Positions 1 to 8,934 of a DNA stretch of 33,825 nucleotides are shown here, piece by piece. Below the pieces are notes generated by a model, which did not search any database, was not told the origin of the DNA, and saw only the letters and a program-made list of their open reading frames with translations. Position 1 is the stretch's first letter, and each line of letters starts with the position of its first letter. The DNA comes from Candidatus Heimdallarchaeota archaeon (lineage in GTDB: Archaea; Asgardarchaeota; Heimdallarchaeia; Hodarchaeales; Hodarchaeaceae), in NCBI GenBank assembly GCA_048881705.1, contig JBHLSH010000041.1, positions 1-33,825 on the forward strand. The letters run 5' to 3'. Made by a program: the position numbers and the translations under genes.

Positions 1-788
1 TTGTCCATTGAAGGGAAGGAGTAAACTTCTCCGTTACTTGCACTAAATGATTTTCCCCATCCAAACCAGTCATCAAATCGTTCCAATAATACATATTCAT
101 CCTTGAGCCATTTAGCAAATTTATAAGGGCCTGCAGAAATAGGTTCTTGAGAGAAACTTTCCAGCTTAGCCTTACACGTCGTGTTATCATCAGTATAACT
201 GCCATGTGATTCATACGGAACTAGCATGAACCGATGCCACATTCCACAAACATCCCATTCGAACATCGGGTCAGGAAACCATGATCCACTGAATGTGACT
301 ATCCGTCCATTCCCATTTGGATCATCCGACGGAAAAGTTATGCTCATGCCCTCATTTTCTATAAGAAGTCGTGCAGCGTGACTGATGTTAATATAAGTTT
401 TTCCATACGCCTTATCCGCCATATAATTCGCTTCAACACTGTATTTTACCGTTTTTGCATCAATCCCTGTTCCATCATGGAAAGTCACTCCCTCTCGCAA
501 TGTGAAGGTCCATTCAGTTCGATCATCATTATGTGTCCAATTTTCTGCAATTCCTGGTAAAGTTACAATAGTTTCCCCAGGAGCAACCATGCCTAAATAT
601 CCTTGATATTGAGGAGCGAAATACCCAGTTTGCAGATGCCCTACCACCCTAGAATCAACCCCAAGGAATGATTGTACTAACTGAAGGTCGAGTGTTTCAT
701 GAGAAATGTCTTCTTTAGCAAGAGCAATTGAGAAAATACTGGACAGCGGAAGTATTATTAAAATCAGGAAAATAATGGAGGTTTTCAC
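1..788 (-). CDS. ABC transporter substrate-binding protein, family 5 (oligopeptide/dipeptide/nickel type); 5' part only, runs off the left edge
   Basis: Translated by hand (absent from the ORF track because there is no stop in the window). GTG at 788 preceded by AAAGGA. Hydrophobic signal MKTSIIFLILIILPLSSIFSIALA, then the family-5 signature LPGIAENWTHNDDRTEWTFTLREGVTFHDGT, and PISAGPYKFAKW..DEYVLLERFDDW. Confidence 0.9.
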   Translation of the reverse strand, partial: MKTSIIFLILIILPLSSIFSIALAKEDISHETLDLQLVQSFLGVDSRVVGHLQTGYFAPQYQGYLGMVAPGETIVTLPGIAENWTHNDDRTEWTFTLREGVTFHDGTGIDAKTVKYSVEANYMADKAYGKTYINISHAARLLIENEGMSITFPSDDPNGNGRIVTFSGSWFPDPMFEWDVCGMWHRFMLVPYESHGSYTDDNTTCKAKLESFSQEPISAGPYKFAKWLKDEYVLLERFDDWFGWGKSFSASNGEVYSFPSMD

Positions 789-920
789 AATTCCTTTTTT
801 TCTACCTTTCTCTGTAAGATTGAATGCTAATAAAACCAACGACAATTGTCGCGACACTTTACAAGACCCCTTCAGAAGTAATATCGCAAGATCCAAATGA
901 CTCCGATATTCGTAGATGGT

Positions 921-928
921 TTTATAAA
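921..928 (-). promoter_or_regulatory. Candidate archaeal TATA box (TTTATAAA) for the ABC substrate-binding gene
   Basis: Palindromic TTTATAAA about 130 bp upstream of the GTG at 788, with A-rich BRE-like sequence upstream on the minus strand. Motif match only. Confidence 0.3.
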
Positions 929-970
929 AAGCTTTTGTCTACAGAATCACCATATAGTAATTTTATGTAG

Positions 971-1207
971 GTGGATCTCTTATCCATAAGTACCCAAAAA
1001 TCAACAGGCCAATCTGAATCCGTAGCTGAATCTAGATAAAGATTAACTAAGGATAAGAACCAATAAATTCCAAATAGTGTTCCATTCTCTCAAACGACAA
1101 CGCAAGAGACACAAGCTGAGAAAATCCAGAAAACGTCGATATTGATTTTACTATCTTCTCTGCTTCTTCTATTTATAGTTCGGAGAAGGAAAGGTCCTTC
1201 GAATTGA
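971..1207 (+). pseudogene. Possible remnant of the 3' end of a membrane-anchored surface-protein gene
   Basis: One frame reads VDLLSISTQKSTGQSESVAESR*RLTKDKNQ*IPNSVPFSQTTTQETQAEKIQKTSILILLSSLLLLFIVRRRKGPSN*. This is a Thr/Gln linker, hydrophobic helix and basic tail, with TAA stops at 1037 and 1064 and no start codon in the open segment 1067-1207. Confidence 0.35.
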
Positions 1208-1260
1208 GATTGAAAGAAGTAGCTTTCATGTAGGCTTGAAAAGACCACTATCATAATTCA

Positions 1261-3582
1261 TCATTTTTGGTTACAGATGACGCAAAATGTGTGTTTGACG
1301 ACCTTTGGAGGTTTCCCCTCCCTGTTAGTTAATGAAATCATACCTCTCCCACAATTGTGACACTTTTCTTTCAATAAGTAAAGTCGTCCTTTCTTGGGAA
1401 GAAAATGACTGTAGGAACAACGAGGATAATTGGAGCATCCAACTAATCTAAAGGTTTTTCTTCTCTTTAACAAGAGAGTGCCATCGCACTTCGGGCAAGG
1501 CCCAACAAGGTCTTTTTCGGTCTCTACTGGTACTAAAACTCCTTGTCGGTTTTTTTTTCCTGGACTCGTCCATTGACAGGTTGGATATCGTGAACAACCA
1601 AAGAAAGGCTTTTTGGTCTTAGGATTGTATCGTTGTAGAAGTTGTCCCTCTCTACAAACTGGACACAAGATTTTATCCGCCTGCGGTGACTTAACCGCGC
1701 TGTGGGCTGAAGTTGCCATATCGATGGAGCTTTTTGACTGTTGAAGTAATCCCTGTAGCTTGGGTAGTTGACTAATTAATTTTCTATGGAGTTCAATGTA
1801 GTATTGCTTTAGCTCACTAAGCATATTATCATAGGGGGAGGTCTGGTCAGCCACACCGTCCATGTAGGCCTCTACCTTTCGGGTAAATTCCGGAACTACA
1901 AGCTCGGGCCAGATTTGTTCAAATACTTCGATGATAGACTGTCCAGTAGCTGTACTCAGATAGTTTGACCGTCCTTTCTTACTCACATATCTTCTAAGTC
2001 TTAATTTATTCAAAATCTCTGGTCTACTTGATTTAGTGCCGATCCCCAATTGTTCCAAGTGACGTATAATCGTACTATCACTCCATAGCTTTGGGGGTTT
2101 TGTTTTGTAGGCTTGCGCTCTAATATTCCCCACTGGGACGACCAGATCCTTTTTAAAAATGAATGGTGAACCTGATTTAGGTCGTTTCCAGTGGATAGCA
2201 GCAGTCCAACCTGCCTCCAGCGTTTGCTGATATCTTTGGTTGAAAGGTTCTCCTCGGATGAGGATGGTTACCGAACCGCGACCCTGTTCTAAATCGGGCA
2301 TGAACATGCCAATGTAATGTAAACTGACGTATTCCCAAGCTTTGAGGTGTAATTCTGTAATGTTATTCTTTAATTTAGGAATTTCTCCCGTAGGGTGAAT
2401 TGGGTCATGATCTTCAATTCCTTGTTTTTTCCCAGGGGTCTTAACCCTATCAGGGTCTAAAATCCGCCTCAAAAACGGTAAAAATAATTGGTGATTGTTT
2501 AATTTCTCCAGAATAAGAGAATGTGGGAACCCATCTTTAAAACGTCTGTTATCTGTTCTTGGATATGAAACAAATCCCTCTTCGTATAATGTAACAAGCA
2601 GAGATAAGGCCTCATCCGCAGAAATCCCCAACTCCTTTGTCAGTATTGCGAGTGCGTCTGTTGTATTCCAAGGGGAAGGAGGAGGTACCTTTACGGTTTT
2701 TGATTCAAAATCACTGACTGTCCCCCTCTCTACATTGGCCAGTTTCTTTAATAGTTCCTGAACTTCTTTTTGGTTGTCAAATGGTGATTTTGTATGTTTT
2801 ACCGTAATAAGAACCGTCTGGGAATCAGGTGCATCTCGGATATCTGCAAGTAAATTGTATTTATCTTGAGTTTGGAACTGCTCCCGTTCCCTGTCACGAT
2901 CAACAATTAGCTTCAATGTTGGTAATTGAACACGACCTACGGAATACACCACTCCGCTTTGTCGTACTACCCGTCTGGCCGCTATTGTTACTTCTCGAGT
3001 CCCAGCAAATCCAACCCAAGCATCTACGATTCGTCGGCCTTGTACAGCGAGTGCTAGGGAATCATTCCATGAAGTTAAATTCTCAAAAGCCCGTTCTATT
3101 TCATATGAAGTGAGGGAGGAGTTCCATACTCGTTTGGTAGCTCGTTTTAACCTAGAATTCGCTGCAATTGCGATCTGAAATGCTTCCCAAGCGATATTAT
3201 CCCCCTCGGAATCGGGATCAGTCGCTAACCACAATTGATTGACTTGCTTTGCCTGTTGACTAATAACTGCCTTGAATGATTTATTCCACGTGAAAAGCAG
3301 TGACTTATCATCTTCAACAATGTCAATTGGTGAACATTCCTTCCATCCAAAACCTGGTGCGGTATCCAGCGTTGTAATGTGACCAGTTAAGGGTAGAAAA
3401 ATCAAATTGTAACCTTTCCACATTCCTTTACGAAGAAAAATTCTTTCGGCCGCTTTTTCAGTAGTAACAGAGCCGCATAATGCGCTCGTTATTGCCTTGA
3501 CTTGCGATGGTTTTTCCCCAATGACAAGGACATTCTGTTTTGAGGATTCTTTCTCCTGCATTCCTAGATCAAAACCGTACAA
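1261..3582 (-). CDS. topA: DNA topoisomerase type IA (archaeal TopA/Topo III type) with C-terminal zinc ribbons
   Basis: Toprim motifs IGEKPSQ and LATDPDSEGDNIAWE, SVGRVQLPTL, catalytic Tyr in GFVSYPRTD, DHDPIHPT, LGIGTKSSR. Two zf-C4 topoisomerase ribbons (CPVC..FFGCSRYPTC; CPKC..LVGCSNYPRC) plus CHNC..CVIC. The real start may be the ATG at 3561. Confidence 0.96.
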   Translation of the reverse strand: MYGFDLGMQEKESSKQNVLVIGEKPSQVKAITSALCGSVTTEKAAERIFLRKGMWKGYNLIFLPLTGHITTLDTAPGFGWKECSPIDIVEDDKSLLFTWNKSFKAVISQQAKQVNQLWLATDPDSEGDNIAWEAFQIAIAANSRLKRATKRVWNSSLTSYEIERAFENLTSWNDSLALAVQGRRIVDAWVGFAGTREVTIAARRVVRQSGVVYSVGRVQLPTLKLIVDRDREREQFQTQDKYNLLADIRDAPDSQTVLITVKHTKSPFDNQKEVQELLKKLANVERGTVSDFESKTVKVPPPSPWNTTDALAILTKELGISADEALSLLVTLYEEGFVSYPRTDNRRFKDGFPHSLILEKLNNHQLFLPFLRRILDPDRVKTPGKKQGIEDHDPIHPTGEIPKLKNNITELHLKAWEYVSLHYIGMFMPDLEQGRGSVTILIRGEPFNQRYQQTLEAGWTAAIHWKRPKSGSPFIFKKDLVVPVGNIRAQAYKTKPPKLWSDSTIIRHLEQLGIGTKSSRPEILNKLRLRRYVSKKGRSNYLSTATGQSIIEVFEQIWPELVVPEFTRKVEAYMDGVADQTSPYDNMLSELKQYYIELHRKLISQLPKLQGLLQQSKSSIDMATSAHSAVKSPQADKILCPVCREGQLLQRYNPKTKKPFFGCSRYPTCQWTSPGKKNRQGVLVPVETEKDLVGPCPKCDGTLLLKRRKTFRLVGCSNYPRCSYSHFLPKKGRLYLLKEKCHNCGRGMISLTNREGKPPKVVKHTFCVICNQK

Positions 3583-3625
3583 CGTAATGATGAAGACTCC
3601 GAAAAGTTCAATCCCCCGATTCCTT

Positions 3626-6600
3626 TTATATGAAAGAGAACTGATGTTTGGGCAACGAATTCACCTTTTTTGAGGTCAATGACGCATTGCAGTTTGGACA
3701 TTGCTCTCTTAGTTTGACGCTCTCCAACAGATGATCTCTATGAAAAAAACTGTTACACCGAGGACATTGGATTATGTCAACGCGGGACAAGACTACAACA
3801 GACTTCCGACAAATTAAGCATGTGAGCCTTTGCGGGCAGAATCCACAATTTTTCTGACCTTCAAGAACTGGTTGACCACAACTTGGACATCGGCTCGTTG
3901 TTAGTCCCGTAGAAGTTCCAGGAGTTGTTTTTTCATAGATCTCATTTAATCCAGCCTGCCATATTTCACGAAGTGCATTTGCCGATGAAATTTCAAAGCG
4001 AGCAGCGAAACGCGAGAGCGCCTCTTGGTATTCATGAGTTTCTCTTTGATCTTCAGGAAGCTTCATTAAAACTGGCAGATGTTGCCATGTAAGATATTCT
4101 GCGAGTACAGGTAAGAATCCTGTCTTGAGATGGTCTTGATTGAGCCGCTGGTATAGGTTGATAAAGTAGGAAGCTGCGTCAGGTGGCGGTCGCGTTTTGA
4201 ATTGATCAAAGAGATGAGGATAAAGACTATTTTCAAAGGATCCTATTTCGGGATCCAGTAAAAGCTGTTCTAAAGTTTCTAGGGATAACTCGACAAGATA
4301 ACCTGGCAGTAAATCTCCTTGGGCTTGGGGACGTCCTATAAAGAGTTTAAGAAGAACATTGTGGGTGTGATATGTCCCTTTCACTCCTTTCAGAATGATC
4401 TGAATTAAATTCACCCCAGTTGGTGTAAACCTGGAATAGTTCTCTTCATAGACAGTAATCAGACCCGCGATATAGGCCGAATTCCTATTTACTTGGTTGA
4501 GAAAATGACCTATAACCAATGGATAAAACATTTCAGTGGTTAAAGCAGGGATTATCTGGTAAAGAAGATTCGTGCCGTGTTCAGTATTAACCCCTAAGAT
4601 AAAATTTTCAACTCGAGGTGTAAGCGAATTCAGTTTGAGATTATCTATGGACTTGATAGCGTCTTCAGGAAAACTGGTTATCAATTCTTTAACGATGGAT
4701 GAAGAAAACTCATCGAATTCAGCTTGGAGTTTAGAGCATCGTAATAAAGCATCTCCTAGAAGTCCTTGGAGATCATGCTTGACAAGCTCGACTATTGCCT
4801 CCTGTAAGAGACGAGCTGGGATTGGTTGAGATCGTATTCCCCCGAATAATGAGTATAGTGCGGAAGATCCTTTTTCGGTTGCAATTTGCTGTATATTATC
4901 ACGCCATATCTGTGAAAAAAGACGTGGAGGAAGGATATTCATAATTAAACCAAAATTCGGAACGGACTTTAGCAAAGCTTTAGCATAAAATTTCCGTAGT
5001 AACCCCACTTTTGAACTCGATAGATGACTGACTTCTACCCAAAACAACATTGGCTCTTCATTGATCAATAGTTCCAGGAGTTTTGAAAAACCCTTCTTTT
5101 GTTTTCGCGAGAGGAAAACATTCATTGCATAGGGTAGAGCGTCCTCTATGTTGGCGATCAAGACCTTGGCCCAAAATTCCACACTTTCATTATCTCTGGC
5201 TAATGTTTCTATCACATTTTTCAGTAGAGGGGGATTATTTTCAAAAATAGTGGCGAAGGCCACCAGAGGATACGTGATTTTTGTTGATAGGTCTAGAATT
5301 TGACCAAGTGATGCCGAAGAAATGTGTTCTTCCAAGTATTTGTCCATGTAAGCTTGATCAACCGTTGGTAGTGGTTTTGAAGACAACAATATAGCCTGGA
5401 AGAAATTAAAATCAGTAAACAGTGGATGGAACCTTTTTAACCAGTTATTCTCAATTATGTGAGCAGCGAGCTCAAATTTCATATTGGGGGGGCATTTATC
5501 AAAGATTTTCAGCAACGATTGGTCTGGTATTGAACTTCGATCCATGAGGAATTCCAGAACCTTCTCTCCCTGTCGAGAAGCTTGATCCTGTAGTACTGGT
5601 AGTAGTACTGCCTGATACTCTTCCGAATCAGATTGAAAATACGTATCAATTACCAATGGGATGTTCTGGTGCCCATAATCAATGAAAATCCTCTGTAAGA
5701 ATTCCATGTGATCCTTTAAGCTCTCATCTAGTTGATTTAACGCTTCCAGCATGTTTTCACAAGCATTGAAATCTATTTCTTTGTCTAAAAATGAAAGAAA
5801 TTCTTTAGCAAGCTCATATTCCCTGAGGTTCGTTGTAATAGCAAGGACGTCTGGAGCTGTATGCTGATCATGTTTGGATATCATTCCCAGTAATTCTGCA
5901 AGAAATGTCCTAGATTCTTTGGACTCAAGTAATTTACCTACCTGTACCAATTTTCGAATTGGGATGTTTTTATCGATAAGCCATTGTTGACTTGTTTTCC
6001 TACTTTTTGGTGTTAAGTGTTTTAAAAAATCCCCGATTATCCACCGTAACTCAAGATCTGAAGTTTCAAGGATATTGAGTACCAATTCGGTTTTCTTAGG
6101 AGATAACCTTAGCGGTAAATCCTCCCTCAGCGTTTTTACACGATCTTGTGTTGAAAGGTCTAGCAGATAATCGGTTAATACGTCTTGAGGATTTGTAATA
6201 TATCGCGATAACACCAGAGATGCAATTTTCGGTCCCCAAATGCGAAGTAGGGAGGGTCCAGTATCACTAGTATCTTTCGCCAACTTCGGAATTAGATCTC
6301 CTAATAATTCAGAATCCAACGAATTCAAAAGTGGGCTAAAGCCTGATCTATCAAGACTTGGTTCCCCCCAATTATCAAACACCTGAATTAGAAGCACCTT
6401 TTGTTGATCAATAGAAATTTTTTCGACAAAGGGGAGGAATTCCTTCTCAATTAAAAGACTTAATAAGCGAGATTTCTCTTCTCCCGGCTCTAGTTCTACA
6501 AGGAAGGAAAGAATTGAGATTAAACTATTAGGGAGGGTCTGTACTAATCCATATTTCATTCGAGAGAGATCTTCACCTGATTGGTAAGTTTCAATGAAGG

Positions 6601-6730
6601 ATTTGATCGCGGAGTTTGGATCCTTCTTGATTAACTTATTTATTGACCGTTTCCAAACAAATGGGATCCGCTCTGTTAATTTCTTCCCTTCTCCTTCCAC
6701 GCGGATATTTGGCGTTGTCTCTCGCTGCAT
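3626..6730 (-). CDS. Large Leu-rich, probably alpha-solenoid protein with C-terminal zinc ribbon plus RING-like finger (putative E3-ligase-like protein)
   Basis: 1034-aa ORF of helical, Leu-rich, HEAT/ARM-like character with no TM or signal segment. C-terminus CPSC-x10-CGFC, then CLIC-x14-CPRC-x4-H-x2-H-x10-CPNC. Confidence 0.8.
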   Translation of the reverse strand: MQRETTPNIRVEGEGKKLTERIPFVWKRSINKLIKKDPNSAIKSFIETYQSGEDLSRMKYGLVQTLPNSLISILSFLVELEPGEEKSRLLSLLIEKEFLPFVEKISIDQQKVLLIQVFDNWGEPSLDRSGFSPLLNSLDSELLGDLIPKLAKDTSDTGPSLLRIWGPKIASLVLSRYITNPQDVLTDYLLDLSTQDRVKTLREDLPLRLSPKKTELVLNILETSDLELRWIIGDFLKHLTPKSRKTSQQWLIDKNIPIRKLVQVGKLLESKESRTFLAELLGMISKHDQHTAPDVLAITTNLREYELAKEFLSFLDKEIDFNACENMLEALNQLDESLKDHMEFLQRIFIDYGHQNIPLVIDTYFQSDSEEYQAVLLPVLQDQASRQGEKVLEFLMDRSSIPDQSLLKIFDKCPPNMKFELAAHIIENNWLKRFHPLFTDFNFFQAILLSSKPLPTVDQAYMDKYLEEHISSASLGQILDLSTKITYPLVAFATIFENNPPLLKNVIETLARDNESVEFWAKVLIANIEDALPYAMNVFLSRKQKKGFSKLLELLINEEPMLFWVEVSHLSSSKVGLLRKFYAKALLKSVPNFGLIMNILPPRLFSQIWRDNIQQIATEKGSSALYSLFGGIRSQPIPARLLQEAIVELVKHDLQGLLGDALLRCSKLQAEFDEFSSSIVKELITSFPEDAIKSIDNLKLNSLTPRVENFILGVNTEHGTNLLYQIIPALTTEMFYPLVIGHFLNQVNRNSAYIAGLITVYEENYSRFTPTGVNLIQIILKGVKGTYHTHNVLLKLFIGRPQAQGDLLPGYLVELSLETLEQLLLDPEIGSFENSLYPHLFDQFKTRPPPDAASYFINLYQRLNQDHLKTGFLPVLAEYLTWQHLPVLMKLPEDQRETHEYQEALSRFAARFEISSANALREIWQAGLNEIYEKTTPGTSTGLTTSRCPSCGQPVLEGQKNCGFCPQRLTCLICRKSVVVLSRVDIIQCPRCNSFFHRDHLLESVKLREQCPNCNASLTSKKVNSLPKHQFSFI

Positions 6731-7153
6731 TCCATCTCTTAATTCCCTCCTTTCCTTTACTTCTCAAAAAGCTATCGTCACAAGATCGCTTTCACCCTAT
6801 TGCTCGGTTCGTCAGGGGAATAACTAAGGATTAAGTGTTTTCTATCGTTTTCGATTGAGTAAACCAACAAGAACCTCGCAAGCTAAAGCCATCGATTAGC
6901 TGGCGGTTTTGTGAATCGTTCGCTGGTACGCATGTTTGTAAACTTAGCGCTCCTATTTAACTTCCTTTCGCCTATTCGCGATTTTGTAAATTTATAATAT
7001 TTAAACTTTAGATTAATTGATTTCGTTAAAATCATCACTATCCTTTCAAAATATGTTTATATTGTAAACGGACAAAATTCAAATACTTAAGGGCCAGAAC
7101 CTTTCACGGAAAGTTGGTTCTCCCTAAATCAACTTTCCTCCGAGTGCACCCTT

Positions 7154-7843
7154 ATGAATGTTGAAGATGCGCAACCAAATAGTCCAATGCAAGAACCCTA
7201 CATTACCACCCGAGAGAAAATAATCAGATATTTGCTAAAAAATCAGCCAAGTACGATCCGCGAAATTTGCGATGCCATGAATCTCAGTATTAACGCGGTG
7301 AGGCAATACCTCCACCTTTTAGAAAAGGAAAGCTATGTTATCAGGTCAGAACTGAAAAAGAAGTCCACTGGCCGACCAGCCATGGTGTATCGGTTGACTG
7401 GACGTGCTTTAGGCATTTTTCCGAAAATCTATGCGGACTTCGCCCTATATTTACTGGATGAACTGGAGAAGCGTCACGGAAAAAAAGAAACCATGGAGAT
7501 TCTAGATTCAATAGGGAAGCGTGTTGCGGATGAAATTAAACATGCCTTTCCTCCCCCTGACGAACCCGAGACAGTTCGATCGAAGTTAAACCAGATAATA
7601 TCCGCATTTACAGAGTATGGAAAATTCCCAGAACTCATAGAGGACGAGAAATCTTACGGTATCAAAAGTTATAATTGTCTGGTATATGACGTTGTAGTTG
7701 AGAATCCTATGGTTTGTCAGGTAGATCAAACCTTGATCAACGAGATAGCTGGTTTCAAGACAAAAAAGGAAAAATGTCTTCGTGATGGCGATAACTATTG
7801 TCTTTATAGGATTTACAAGGATACGCTACCAGAGGAATCGTAG
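7154..7843 (+). CDS. Winged-HTH ArsR/SufR-like transcriptional regulator (COG2345 type) with Cys-rich sensor domain
   Basis: wHTH TREKIIRYL..TIREICDAMNLSINAVRQYLHLLE, GRPAMVYRLT, FPKIYADFA. C-terminal C-x12-C-x19-C-x7-C (NCLVYDV..VCQVD..KCLRDGDNYCLYRI). Confidence 0.85.
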   Translation: MNVEDAQPNSPMQEPYITTREKIIRYLLKNQPSTIREICDAMNLSINAVRQYLHLLEKESYVIRSELKKKSTGRPAMVYRLTGRALGIFPKIYADFALYLLDELEKRHGKKETMEILDSIGKRVADEIKHAFPPPDEPETVRSKLNQIISAFTEYGKFPELIEDEKSYGIKSYNCLVYDVVVENPMVCQVDQTLINEIAGFKTKKEKCLRDGDNYCLYRIYKDTLPEES

Positions 7844-7983
7844 TATACTCGATTTGTCCGCGGAATGAAATCTGATTATTCAACGTAGAACAGATAGCGA
7901 TCTACATGTCGTGTTCTGTTTCTGCAATAGGTTCGCCTCTGCTTATACATCAGTTTTTAAGATCAAACGTCGTCTTATTTCGC

Positions 7984-7992
7984 TTTTTTTTT
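7984..7992 (+). terminator. Candidate archaeal oligo-T terminator of the regulator gene
   Basis: T9 tract about 140 bp downstream of the stop at 7843. Confidence 0.35.
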
Positions 7993-8175
7993 CGAGTTCA
8001 AATCGTTCAACAGGAGACCTGCTAAAGGTCCCAACATGGATATTATTCTTTTTTAAGAGGTAAAACAACGTAGAATCCGAAACGCGGAATTCTTTGAGTG
8101 TTAAAATCCTCGTATTGCCACGAAACGGTAAGAAAAAAAACTATTTTGACCGTGAATCTTCCCCGAAAAGATTTG

Positions 8176-8204
8176 AAAAAAGAAAAAGAGAAAAAGATGG
8201 AAAA
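8176..8204 (-). terminator. T-rich terminator-like tract downstream of the DoxX-family gene
   Basis: The plus strand is A-rich (aaaaaagaaaaagagaaaaag), so the minus strand carries several T runs directly after the stop at 8216. Confidence 0.35.
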
Positions 8205-8215
8205 TTTTCTTAGGC

Positions 8216-8743
8216 TTATTTCAAGATTGGGAACTTCTCCACAAAGGAGAGTTCGCTCCATCTTTTGCCCAAACCCAAGTAATTCCCGGAAGGAATAGCT
8301 GCCAAGAAAAGCAAAATGAACATGTAGATCCAGTGTTCTTCAATGAGTGGGTTGTGAGCACCAGCTTGAAGTATGGGCCATTCAGCCAAGATTATCGCTG
8401 CCATGAAAATAGCACCGGAAAGGCCGCCGACGCGGGTTAGAATCCCAAGGATTAATCCAACGCCAACTACCAGGAGCATGGCCATATAGACCAAGTCAAT
8501 GATTTGATACATATTACCCAATATGTCTTTGAAGAAGAATGCGAATGGACCAGCCTCATTTGTTGCAAAGTTTAGAAATCCATTGGTAGGCGAAGTGCCC
8601 GCCAGGAAAGAGTTTTCGGGAGCGGTAGTAAAACCTAGTCCGACCAATTTGTCCAGGAAAGGCCATAGAAATAGAATTCCCATAGCAATTCGGGTTAAGC
8701 CTATAAAGTATTCAGAAAGCTTGTTAGAATTTTCAACAGCCAT
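8216..8743 (-). CDS. DoxX family / thiosulfate:quinone oxidoreductase DoxD-like membrane protein
   Basis: About four TM helices. TRIAMGILFLWPFLDKLVGLGFTT..GTSPTNGFL, VGVGLILGILTR, NPLIEEHWIY and LGLGKRW match the DoxX family pattern. Confidence 0.85.
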   Translation of the reverse strand: MAVENSNKLSEYFIGLTRIAMGILFLWPFLDKLVGLGFTTAPENSFLAGTSPTNGFLNFATNEAGPFAFFFKDILGNMYQIIDLVYMAMLLVVGVGLILGILTRVGGLSGAIFMAAIILAEWPILQAGAHNPLIEEHWIYMFILLFLAAIPSGNYLGLGKRWSELSFVEKFPILK

Positions 8744-8898
8744 TGTTGTATCCTCATTTTATGTTTTGGAGTATAATGTGACCAACATCTAAGCTAAATT
8801 GGCGTACAGGTGTGTTAGGAGATGTTGAAACGTGAACCAATTGCGAGGAACTATATGTGAATCCAATCAGGTGGCTGCGACTTTGGCAAATCCGATTT

Positions 8899-8934
8899 GT
8901 TTTACAAAGTTTACAAAAGTTACAATTGTAAAAC
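8899..8934. repeat. Short phased direct/inverted repeat cluster, candidate operator
   Basis: GTTTTACAAA-GTTTACAAAA-GTTACAATTG-TAAAAC: three units at 10-bp spacing, an internal palindrome TTACAATTGTAA, and inverted ends GTTTTAC/GTAAAAC. Confidence 0.5.

Noticed and set aside
378-900. Plus-strand ORFs 378-560 and 706-900
   Set aside because: They are antisense shadows of the ABC substrate-binding gene and have no motifs.
2495-6834. Short plus-strand ORFs at 2495, 2829, 4572, 6594 and 6643
   Set aside because: They overlap topA or the RING gene on the opposite strand and have no recognisable domains.
6865-6910. Possible hairpin or ncRNA (AGCTA...TAGCT) upstream of the regulator
   Set aside because: The stem is only 5-6 bp and has no tRNA or known RNA motif, so it is expected by chance.
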